From positions 7,120-71,119 of the forward strand of contig JAFTIE010000113.1 in the NCBI GenBank assembly GCA_017457065.1: 64,000 bases of DNA, written 5' to 3'. The translations under genes and the position numbers were made by a program. Position 1 is the first letter of the stretch. Every line of letters begins with the position of its first letter. This stretch comes from Lentisphaeria bacterium. Its GTDB lineage: Bacteria > Verrucomicrobiota > Lentisphaeria > Victivallales > Victivallaceae. Shown in pieces: positions 54,230 to 63,700 of this stretch. The notes under the pieces were generated by a model. That model saw nothing but the letters and a program-made list of their open reading frames with translations, had not been told where the DNA came from and searched no databases.

Positions 54230-56800
54230 ATGAATTATCAGCTTAAAAATATTTCGGAGAAAGATCACGGTACGGTTTATGAACTGCAAACAGGCAAAAA
54301 TCTGCTTGGCAGATCACGCTCAGCAACCATCAGGATCCTGTTGGATGATATCTCCGGAAAACAGTGTATTCTTCACTCAAACGGTCTGCAGGTCAAACTT
54401 GAAAATCTCAGCCGTTTCGGAACAAGAGTGAATAACAGCAAAGTTATCGAATCGGTCGATCTGGTTGAAGGAGATATCATCACCCTCGGTGCGAAATGTC
54501 AGTTGCTCCTGGAAAAATGCCCCGAAGAGCCTCAGGCGGTCGAGAGAGAGATGCTCCTTGTGGGAGAAAAAGATCCTTTGCACGATACTGTCGTTGATCT
54601 TTTGCCGGGGGAACGACCGGATATCCCTGTTGCGGCGTTTTTCCCGGGGCATACCGGTGCAGACGAAGGCATCAAAAAAGAGCCTTTGCAGGAGAATACA
54701 AAGACCTTGACCGGTACTGTCGGCGAAGAGGCGACAGCCGCGACCCGTTTCGTAGAGGAACTGCTTCAGAAAGAAACACCTCCTGATGCTGTCGGCGAAG
54801 AGGCGACAGCTGCGACCCGTTTCGTAGAGGAGCTGCTTCAGAAAGAGACTCTCCCTGATGCTGCCGGGGAAGAGGCGACAGCTGCGACCCGTTTCGTAGA
54901 GGATCTGCTTCAGAAAGAGACATCCCCTGATACTGCCGGGGAAGAGGCGACAGCTGCGACCCGTTTCGTAGAGGATCTGCTTCAGAAAGAGACTCTCCCT
55001 GATGCTGCCGGGGAAGAGGCGACAGCTGCGACCCGCTTCGCAGGAGATCTGCCTGTGGAAGAGGTGGTCTGCCCTGACAAAGCAGAAGAGTTGACGGCGG
55101 AAACCAAATTTGCCGGGGATCTTTCCCCTGCAGATCAACAAGCTTCCGGAAATGAAACTGCTCTGCCCCGGAAGGCAGAAGATGAGACACCGGAAGCGGA
55201 AAAAAATGCAGATATGGATGGAAGCTGGACACAGTTTTCATCAGATGCCGGTCACAAGCCGGCAAAGGGCTTTCTTCACCGGGTCATTTCCAGACTGTTT
55301 TTCAAAAAAACTTTTGTCGAAGACACCCGGTATATCTCTGACGATAAGGAACCGTTTCCCGGTGAGACAGCCGCAGAAACTTTCTCAAAATCAGCTGATG
55401 ATGTAAAGGAACGATTCCCCTCCTCTGCGGGGGATCTCTCCGGCTCTGACAGAGATCCGGGAGAAAAAAGCGTAAAAGAGTCTCCGGCGGTCGTCCCCGC
55501 TGCGTCTGAAGATGTGACTGTGAAAAACGATGGGGCACATATCATGCCGGAAGATCCTGAAAGCATGGAGGCGCTTGAAGAAGAGATCCGGCAGCAGAGA
55601 AGCGCAGAGGAGTTTTTTGAAGATGAAGATCCCGGGGATAAAACCGATCCCGATCCTGAGGATATAACCACCTTTTTTGAAGATGAGGAAAGTGAGAGTT
55701 CCGAAAAGACCAATGTCAACGAAACTCAAATGCTCCAGACCCGCATCGCCAGTATCGATGAGATCAATTACATCAAGGATCAGGTGAAACGGAGACAACA
55801 GAAGCGGTTCCTGATGCGCGCTGCGATATTTGCATCGATCGCTTTTGCTTTGTATTTTATCTGGCACCTCAGAGCACCTCAACAGGAAGATGTTCTGTCA
55901 TGGCCCAAGAATGGGGATAAGCAGGCCACAGGTTTCGCCGTCCCCTTTGAAAAGGGATGGGATAATGGCGGTTTTGATGTGTTTTATCCCGATTGCGGCA
56001 AGAGAACTGTCAAGTATAAGCCGCAGGCAGATACCTTTACAGTAGACTCCTTCATAGGAATAAAGCGGAATGTTCCTGTGAAGATCACTATCAGCCGTCA
56101 GAGATCCTCTCTGTTCCTTGAAGAATCCAGAAAGCAGTCTTTCACACGGCTGCTGACGGAAAAGATGAAAAACAAAAAAGAGTTATATACATTTGATAAA
56201 AATTCTTCTGTCACCTTTCTGGGATCCCACAACGGTATCAGGTGCAATGTCATAACCTACCAGAAAGATCATAACAACCGCTCTTTCTGGGGAAAAATGT
56301 ACTACTTCAGGTATGGTGACATGGCATATCACCTGACTGCCGAAGTTCCGTTTGACGACAGGATCAGGGCAAAAAAACTCCTTGAAGATAACAGTTTTAT
56401 AGACATAAGCCAGAAGTTTGAATATCTCTACTGGGAAGGCAGCGACGATTTCCGCCGGGGAGATCTTCAGGCAAGGATCGATGAGATCGAAGACGATGTC
56501 AGGCGGAAGTCTCCCTTCCAAATTTCCAACCTGGAACGGGGGATCCGGAGCATTCTGATCCAAACTACCCTTGAGAATAATACAAAATTGCGGGAAAAGG
56601 GACTGGAATTACTTGAAAAACTTCGCCGGAACGAGGATGAACTGTATCGCGAATATGTGGGGAAATGGCTGTTGGCAGAAGCTACAGGCGATACACAGCT
56701 GAAACAAAAGATCAGAAATGTGAGCGAAGGAGTGTTTTCTCTGGAAACCGATCGCCGCAGAGAGCTGATCTTGCAAGATAAGTGGAGTATTGAGAAATGA
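54230..56800 (+). CDS. FHA-domain single-pass membrane protein with a 24-aa tandem-repeat array
   Basis: The N-terminal FHA-like segment is NLLGRSRSATIRILLDDISGKQCILHS...LSRFGTRVNN (GR and S kept, His replaced by Gln). Five repeats GEEATAATRFVE[ED]LLQKET.PD follow, then an acidic region. The TM is AAIFASIAFALYFIWHL. The C-terminal domain is paralogous to that of the 39600 protein. Confidence 0.75.
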   Translation: MNYQLKNISEKDHGTVYELQTGKNLLGRSRSATIRILLDDISGKQCILHSNGLQVKLENLSRFGTRVNNSKVIESVDLVEGDIITLGAKCQLLLEKCPEEPQAVEREMLLVGEKDPLHDTVVDLLPGERPDIPVAAFFPGHTGADEGIKKEPLQENTKTLTGTVGEEATAATRFVEELLQKETPPDAVGEEATAATRFVEELLQKETLPDAAGEEATAATRFVEDLLQKETSPDTAGEEATAATRFVEDLLQKETLPDAAGEEATAATRFAGDLPVEEVVCPDKAEELTAETKFAGDLSPADQQASGNETALPRKAEDETPEAEKNADMDGSWTQFSSDAGHKPAKGFLHRVISRLFFKKTFVEDTRYISDDKEPFPGETAAETFSKSADDVKERFPSSAGDLSGSDRDPGEKSVKESPAVVPAASEDVTVKNDGAHIMPEDPESMEALEEEIRQQRSAEEFFEDEDPGDKTDPDPEDITTFFEDEESESSEKTNVNETQMLQTRIASIDEINYIKDQVKRRQQKRFLMRAAIFASIAFALYFIWHLRAPQQEDVLSWPKNGDKQATGFAVPFEKGWDNGGFDVFYPDCGKRTVKYKPQADTFTVDSFIGIKRNVPVKITISRQRSSLFLEESRKQSFTRLLTEKMKNKKELYTFDKNSSVTFLGSHNGIRCNVITYQKDHNNRSFWGKMYYFRYGDMAYHLTAEVPFDDRIRAKKLLEDNSFIDISQKFEYLYWEGSDDFRRGDLQARIDEIEDDVRRKSPFQISNLERGIRSILIQTTLENNTKLREKGLELLEKLRRNEDELYREYVGKWLLAEATGDTQLKQKIRNVSEGVFSLETDRRRELILQDKWSIEK
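54719..55130 (+). repeat. 72-bp in-frame tandem repeat array (4 full copies, 1 partial, 1 degenerate)
   Basis: Copies start at 54719, 54791, 54863, 54935 and 55007, an exact 72-nt period. A degenerate copy lies near 55082. Confidence 0.95.
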
Positions 56801-59127
56801 GTATTCTTAACAGCCTGAGCAGCGCCGTTGAAAACAGAAGAAAAGAACTGCACATCGGGATCGAACATAACGGGATCCTGCTGTATGAAGTATATACAGA
56901 AGAATTTACAAAAGAGATCTCCATCGGCAGAAGTTCCCAATGTGATTGGAGTTTGAGCCAGGTCGATGAATCTGTCAGCAGCAAACACGCTTTGATCTCA
57001 TTGCGCAAAGACAGCTTCTACCTTACAGATCTCGGGAGCCGCAACGGCATGTATTTTCAGGCAAAGCGCATCGCGGAAAAGAAACTTGTTCCCGGGGACA
57101 GGATCAGTTTGGGGGAGTGTGTCGTTTTTGTTGATGATGAATCAAAAAAGTTGAAAAAACTCTCTCAGATGAATCAGATCGAATATGTGAACGGCAGTGG
57201 ACGCAAGGTCCTGTATGATATTTCCAAGCCTGAAACGATCATCGGTTCGGCATCCGATGCAGACATCCGGATAGAGGATCAGCTGATCTCCTCCCGCCAC
57301 GCCGTCATATCTTTGCGGAACGACGGGAGCTGCTGGCTTAAAGATAACGGCAGCCGCAACGGAACAAGTGTCAACGGCAAAGAATTGCCCGTAGGGTCTG
57401 AACGGATGCTTCAGGAAGGGGATATCATTACCATAGCCTATCTTGAAATGAAATTTCTTGATGCCGCTGTTCTGCATGAAAGTTCCAAACTGTTGACTTC
57501 GATCGTGATCGCCGGCATAACGATCCTTGTCGTTCTGGGCGGATATATCGGTTACATGCAGCTGACACCTTCGGCAGATGCGATCATCGCTGCGGCAAGG
57601 CGGGAGGCGGCTCAACTGGATTTCTCTGCCGCAGAAAAACTGTTGAACGATTCAAAACTGGCACGCAATGCAGACGATGCTGCTTCTGAACGGGAAACTT
57701 TGTTCAGGCAGATCGCAATATGGAAAAAAACCATACACATCTGGGAAATGGTGAAGAAAGATCTTGTCAGAAAACAATTCAATACGGCAAACAGCAATCT
57801 GTCAAGCATCAATCACTCCGATTTGAACACCTGGAACTGGAACAATGATGCCGCATTTGTTGAAAAAAGCAAAGCTCAGGCAGTAAAACAGATCCTTGAC
57901 TGCTGCTCCGGTGCAGATTCTCTTCTGAAACAGGAAAATGAGTTGATTGCCCGCATTGAAAAACAGAAAATGGAGCTCTCTTTTGCCATGCGCAGCGGAG
58001 AACAGTATAAGAATGAAAAATATATGCAGTCACTGCTTCAGGAAGGTTCCCGGCAGCTGCAGCGTCTTGACCGTGTCATGCAGGAACACAGATATCTCAA
58101 CAATATCATCAGTTTGCTCAGTCATGAAAAGCCCGATTATCAGCGGGTGATGACAGATTTGACGAAACTTGCAGAAACCGGGCAGGAGGCTGTTCAAATA
58201 AAAGCCAAGCGTATACTGATCCCTGTACGGAATCTTGCCAGAGAAACCAACCGGATGCTTGAAGCGGTCAGCAAGGTCTGTGAACTTGATTTTGCTGCTG
58301 TTGAGTCATTTTCTTTGAACTTACCCGATTCCGTTGATTATTCGTCAGAAAAAAATATCGCTTCATTGAAACAGGCTCTGATCAACCGTGTCAAGCGGCT
58401 CAAAGATTCCTCTATTCAAATTTCGATCCTGTACCGCAATTTGAAGGCGCAGGGCGTTGCAACCGGGAAAAAGGTTGCCGCAGTGGAGCATTTTCTTTCA
58501 GACGAAACGATGAAACAGGTTTATTCCTTTGATATATTCAATTACACCATTCCGCGCATTTCCCGGAGAGAACCTTCCGGTGTGTATGATCAGATGGTGG
58601 GCTATGAGTTCATGTACGACTATTTGAAAAATATCCATGCGGATATGATGACATTGAATATTGAAGATCTGCCATTCAAACCTCAGCTCTATCTTGTCCG
58701 GACGATTTTTACAGATATCAACCGTTTTCTGACCTATGTTGACCGGGATGAAAATTTGTGGTTCCAGAATGGAAAGCTGAATACCTTTATTGAGCACTGC
58801 AGGACCATCCCTGCTTTGAGAGAAAAAATCATTTCCCGTTGCAGGAAGCAATTTTCTGTGAAAGATAAAAGAACACAGCTTCTGGCAAAAGGGATCGTTT
58901 TGTACCTCAGCAGCATCAACGGTTCTTCCAAAGAGGAGAATGAAAAATTTGCAAATGAGTTCCAGACTCTTACCAGAGCGATCCAGAAAAAGGACCGTGA
59001 GTTCTCACGCTCCATGCCCGAAGAGCAAATCAAACTGCGGGATGAAATAATTGCAGCAGGATTCCCCGGTGATCCTATCGTAAGAAAAATGTGGCGTATG
59101 CGCCCCACTGAAAAGCGGAGAAAGTAA
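56797..59127 (+). CDS. Double-FHA single-pass membrane protein
   Basis: FHA-a is ISIGRSSQCDWSLSQVDESVSSKHALISLRKDSFYLTDLGSRNGMYF. FHA-b is TIIGSASDADIRIEDQLISSRHAVISLRNDGSCWLKDNGSRNGTSVNG. The TM is LLTSIVIAGITILVVLGGYIGYM. A ~520-aa largely helical C-terminal region follows. It has a 4-nt overlap upstream. Confidence 0.8.
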   Translation: MSILNSLSSAVENRRKELHIGIEHNGILLYEVYTEEFTKEISIGRSSQCDWSLSQVDESVSSKHALISLRKDSFYLTDLGSRNGMYFQAKRIAEKKLVPGDRISLGECVVFVDDESKKLKKLSQMNQIEYVNGSGRKVLYDISKPETIIGSASDADIRIEDQLISSRHAVISLRNDGSCWLKDNGSRNGTSVNGKELPVGSERMLQEGDIITIAYLEMKFLDAAVLHESSKLLTSIVIAGITILVVLGGYIGYMQLTPSADAIIAAARREAAQLDFSAAEKLLNDSKLARNADDAASERETLFRQIAIWKKTIHIWEMVKKDLVRKQFNTANSNLSSINHSDLNTWNWNNDAAFVEKSKAQAVKQILDCCSGADSLLKQENELIARIEKQKMELSFAMRSGEQYKNEKYMQSLLQEGSRQLQRLDRVMQEHRYLNNIISLLSHEKPDYQRVMTDLTKLAETGQEAVQIKAKRILIPVRNLARETNRMLEAVSKVCELDFAAVESFSLNLPDSVDYSSEKNIASLKQALINRVKRLKDSSIQISILYRNLKAQGVATGKKVAAVEHFLSDETMKQVYSFDIFNYTIPRISRREPSGVYDQMVGYEFMYDYLKNIHADMMTLNIEDLPFKPQLYLVRTIFTDINRFLTYVDRDENLWFQNGKLNTFIEHCRTIPALREKIISRCRKQFSVKDKRTQLLAKGIVLYLSSINGSSKEENEKFANEFQTLTRAIQKKDREFSRSMPEEQIKLRDEIIAAGFPGDPIVRKMWRMRPTEKRRK

Positions 59128-59129
59128 CA

Positions 59130-59999
59130 ATGCTTGTTGAATGGCAAAATTATATAGACGTGTTCTCCTTTACCCATGTGGGAAAGGTCAGAAAGAACAA
59201 TGAAGACTCTGTCCTTGAAATGAAAGAGTGCGGTTTTTTCGCAGTTTCAGACGGAATGGGCGGCGGAAACGCCGGTGAGATCGCCAGTCAGATGATCGTT
59301 TCAAATCTGAAAAGTGCACTTGAAAACTCCTCCGGAGTTCCCGGGGAACGGGAGGGGTGTATTATCAGAGCCGCCAATCAGGCAAATTATCAGATCAATG
59401 ATTTTGCGGCAGAGCACCATTACTCCTCCATGGGGGCAACTCTTGTTTGCTGCCTGTTGAATCCCTGGTATCCTTCTATTGCAACGGTCCTCCATGCCGG
59501 GGACAGCCGTCTCTACCGTCTGCGGGATGATGCACTGGAGTGTCTCACCGAAGATCATACCGTTGCGACCGCATCAAAGGTGGCAGAAAGCAAACTGGCA
59601 CCCATGTTTCGCGGAGTTCTTACCAATGCACTCGGTACCGGAGTGGATTTTTTTCTGGAAAGGACAAGCATCAATGTGCAGCGTGACGATTTGTACATAT
59701 TCTGCTCCGATGGTTTATCCCGCATGGTCAGTGATCCTGAGATCCAGCAGATATGTGTGCCTCTGGTCAACTCCCCCAGCAGGGAGATATGTCAGTCATT
59801 GATCGAGACCGCATTGGATAACGGCGGACGTGATAACGTTTCTGTTATCGTCCTGAAAATCAAAAAACTCTGGAAAGAGTACCAGCCCTCAAGAAAAGAG
59901 GCCGAAGCCGAAGCCAATGCCCAAACACAAAATTTGATGGATCTTTCAGAAACGCCCCAAACTGAGATTGAAGATGCAGCTTTGGCAAGGAACAACTGA
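59130..59999 (+). CDS. PP2C-family Ser/Thr protein phosphatase
   Basis: Motifs are NEDS, FAVSDGMGGGNAGEIAS, GDSRLYR, IFCSDGLS and DNGGRDNVSVIVLK. Confidence 0.9.
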   Translation: MLVEWQNYIDVFSFTHVGKVRKNNEDSVLEMKECGFFAVSDGMGGGNAGEIASQMIVSNLKSALENSSGVPGEREGCIIRAANQANYQINDFAAEHHYSSMGATLVCCLLNPWYPSIATVLHAGDSRLYRLRDDALECLTEDHTVATASKVAESKLAPMFRGVLTNALGTGVDFFLERTSINVQRDDLYIFCSDGLSRMVSDPEIQQICVPLVNSPSREICQSLIETALDNGGRDNVSVIVLKIKKLWKEYQPSRKEAEAEANAQTQNLMDLSETPQTEIEDAALARNN

Positions 60000-60735
60000 G
60001 CATATCGCTGTCGGAAATTTGTGGCAGAAAACTCAGGATGATATAAAGCAGATTTTTCATCCTGAGTTTTTGCGTCCCCGGCGTTTTCTGCCCCGTCAGT
60101 ACCTGGCGCTCTTTCAGGATGGCACGCTGCTGACGGCGGTCGGTTCCGGGAACTGGGATCTTGTGGCTGAAAAAATGTTCTGGCACAGATTGAGCGGAGG
60201 ACACCCCGGTGTGCAGCATCTGTTTCAGAGTTTCGGCGCTGCCGCCGGTAACGGAAAGTTTGTGCTCTGGGGGCACGAAATATCGGAACTCTTGGGCCGC
60301 GGGAGCTCAGCAGCGGTTTACCGGACAACTGACGGGTATGCACTGAAGGTCGTCGATTTCTCCGCCAGGGAGAAACTGCGCCGGGAATATTCCTGCCTTG
60401 CCGGAATAAAATGCCGCAATATCGTCAGGGCTTTTGATTTTTATGAATCACCGGAGGGGGGCGGGATGCTGCTTGAAACACTTGCTCCGCCTTCCTGCGA
60501 CAGAGCGGGATATCTCAGCGGGGTGAAGCATCTGCACCGGGCAGGGATATGTCACGGTGATATACGTTATACAAATCTCGGGTCTGATAAAAATGGAACG
60601 GCAAAACTTTTTGATTTAGGCAGCAGTTTTTATGGGACATCCGGAAAAATGCAGAAAGAAGAAGCAGAATTGAAGTTGCTGCTTGAGAAATTTAATTGTT
60701 CAGAGCGGAAAAATGACAAACAATACGGGAAATGA
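59968..60735 (+). CDS. Minimal protein-kinase-like protein (about 170-aa kinase core, no recognisable activation segment/APE)
   Basis: It has GRGSSAAVY (G-loop), ALKV (Lys), LHRAGICHGDIRYTNL (HxD...N) and KLFDLGSSF (DxG). The N-terminal ~85 aa have no recognisable family. The start is uncertain and overlaps the PP2C 3' end. Confidence 0.6.
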   Translation: MKMQLWQGTTEHIAVGNLWQKTQDDIKQIFHPEFLRPRRFLPRQYLALFQDGTLLTAVGSGNWDLVAEKMFWHRLSGGHPGVQHLFQSFGAAAGNGKFVLWGHEISELLGRGSSAAVYRTTDGYALKVVDFSAREKLRREYSCLAGIKCRNIVRAFDFYESPEGGGMLLETLAPPSCDRAGYLSGVKHLHRAGICHGDIRYTNLGSDKNGTAKLFDLGSSFYGTSGKMQKEEAELKLLLEKFNCSERKNDKQYGK

Positions 60736-63700
60736 AACAGATACAGCCATAACTGTTTTTGCTGATGACAGCATAAAGGAGTTGCTGAAATCAGGAAAAA
60801 TTGAAGATATACAGAAAATTGTGCAGGAGGAAGAACCTTCACTTTCTGTCAATGCTTCCTGCTTTTCCTGGCAGGCAGGGCAGATCGTTGGTAAATATGA
60901 GATCATCAGAAGGATCGGCAAGGGAGGAATGGGGGTTATTTACCTTGCCCGCCATACTCAGCTTGATACCCTGCGTGCATTGAAGGTTTTGCCTGCAGAA
61001 AGTGCAGAAGAAAATCCTGCATTTGCAGAAAGGTTCATCCGTGAAGCAAGGATCGCCTCCAAGATCCGGCATCCCAATGTCGTTGAAGTTATGGACGTGG
61101 AAACTGATCCCCTTCTCAAGGTTACCTGCATCGTGATGGAATATGTGGATGGAGGCAGTTTGCGTCAGATCCTGAAGGGGCAGGGCAAACTCAATATGGA
61201 GCAGGCCATTGTTACGGTCCAGGGCGTTGCCGCCGCATTGTGTACCGCAGCTGAACACGGGATCGTTCACCGGGATATCAAACCTGACAATATCATGTAT
61301 ACCAAACGGGGCGGGGTCAAACTCGCAGACCTTGGTATTGCCAAAAAAGATGATGAAGAGGATAACCTTACAAAGACCAATGTGATGATGGGGACACCTG
61401 CTTATCTTTCCCCTGAGCAGGTGGAAAATCCCAAAGCTGTGGATATCCGCAGCGACATTTACAGTCTGGGGGCGACCTTCTACGAAATGCTGACCGGTCA
61501 GGTGCCGTATCCGGGGAAAAGCTCCTTGGATATTTTGCGGAAGATCTTCTCGGAACCGGTCCCGGATCCCCGTTCCGTGGATCCGCAGATCCCGGGGGAG
61601 ATCGCTTCTGTCGTAATGAAAATGATAGCCAAAGACCCCCGGAAACGTTATCAGACCCCTTCCCAGGTGCTTGAGGCACTGGGAAAAATCATTCCGGAGT
61701 TGTCTGATACCGATATCCAGCAGGTCGTAAAGAGCATCATAAGCACCGGAAATGATGGCACAGGAACTGAAAATGCAAACAGCAGTTCCGTTCTGACCGG
61801 AACAGTATGCCGTTTGCGGAGATGGGAACGGCTGAAAAAAACAGTTCTTCCGGCAATGGGGGGCTGTCTGTTTCTGGGGATATGTGTGACAGCAGCGGTA
61901 TTGTTGAGCAACGGGAAAGTGCCGCTGAAAAATGAAGTTGCTCAAGAGAGCACAATAAGGAGCTCTGCTCCCCCGGCGGTACTGCATTCACTCCATGTGA
62001 AAACGGCTCCTGCCGCAACTTTGCGCCTGATTGCCGGGGATGGGCAGGTCCTGACCTATGCCGGGAGCAGAAGCGGCGAGTTCAACGTTTCCGGATTGAC
62101 TGCCGGGATCTATGAGCTGGAGATCTCATGCCAGGATCACTTTACTTATAAGCATAAACACCGGATACCTGCTGACGGCACACTGGTGCTGCCGCTGAAA
62201 CCGGATGTCCGAACCGTTACGATCGTGGGAATTGCCGGCACAAAACTTGAACTGCAGTATCCGGACGGCAGGGGAAAGATCTTTTCCATCCCTGCAAGCG
62301 GGGTCATAAAAATCAAAAACTTGAAAAAGGGGAGTTATTATCTGAAAAGCTCACACCCTGAATACCTTTTGAATGAGAAACGTTTTGTTCTCGCAAATGA
62401 TTTGAAGCTTTCCATACAGATGGAAAAAATCTTCAAGAGCTTTTCGGTGGTGACTTTGCCGGGAAGTCAGGTCACACTGCTGCAGAACGCACAAGTGAAA
62501 TTCAGCCGTAAAACAAACAGCAAGGGGGAGAATACCTTTTCAAAAATCAAAAGCGGCGTTTATGAGCTGATGATTTCCGCACCGCATTACAAAACTCATA
62601 CCTCCATCCTTCACATTGAAAAAGATACCTCTATGACGGTTCCCTTGGAAAAAGCCCTTTATTCCATCACTGTTTACGGAAGAACCGGGACGGATGGAAA
62701 GCTTTTTTCCGGGACGCAGCTGATGAAAAAGTTTACCGTGCCTTTATCCGGCTATATCGTGATAAACAATGTTGAACAGGGGAAATACAGACTTGATTTT
62801 TCCTGTGAGGGGCATATTGCACAAAGTCGCGGCATAGAACTGAATGAAAATACATCTTTACAGATCGATCTGGCGAAACGTTCCGATGCCAAAGCTGCCG
62901 CAGCTGATGCACTCTTCTCAAATACCGGAACAGTGAATTTTTATTTGTCTGCTTCAGATGAATTGCTCAAATTCATTCAGAAACATGGAGTGGAAATAAA
63001 AATCGGTGACGGCGCATGGAGCAGAGAAAAGGCATTTCCCATCACAAAAAGAATTGAAGCCGGAGAGTTCCCGGTCTCTCTTCGGGGCAAGGGCATATTG
63101 CCCTATTCCGGACAGAGTGTCCGGATCGCTCCTGAGAGGAACACGGATTTTCTTATGGAGGTCAAACCCAAACCTTCAAAGGTCCTCTTTTCTTCCAACC
63201 GCTCTGATGCGCTCTTTACACTTGGCGGCAGCATTTACCGGGCAGATGAAGAAGTGCTCATAGAACCCTTCAGGGAATATACTGTTTCTTCAAGCGCCCG
63301 GGGGAAAACTGTTGTAAAGAAATTCCGCAGCTCCTGCCCCGGAGAAAGGTTGAAACTTGAACTGTTCTTTGCAGAAAATATCCATCCGATGCAGGGCAGG
63401 TACGAAAAAGGAATGGCGCTTTTCAAAGCAAAAAGATACAAAGAAGCGCTGCCTGTTCTGCTGAGTGCCGCAGAGGCGAAGCATCTTGAGGCGGTGCTGC
63501 AAGTTGCCCTCATTTACGAAAAAGGATTGGGAATGTGGTTTTCCGACAGGAAAAAAGCACTGTTCTGGTATCACAAAGCCGCAGAACAGAAGAATGTTGC
63601 CGCTGCGGTCAAAGTCGCTGATGCGATTTTCGCAGACGATTATGAAGCTCCGGCATCCAGGATGGTTGATTTCTATTTGCAGGCAGTGGAAGCAAAAGAT

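Noticed and set aside
54719-55130. A regular 72-bp repeat array, checked as a possible CRISPR.
   Set aside because: The units are contiguous with no unique spacers and are in frame inside a long ORF. No cas genes are present. It is a coding tandem repeat.
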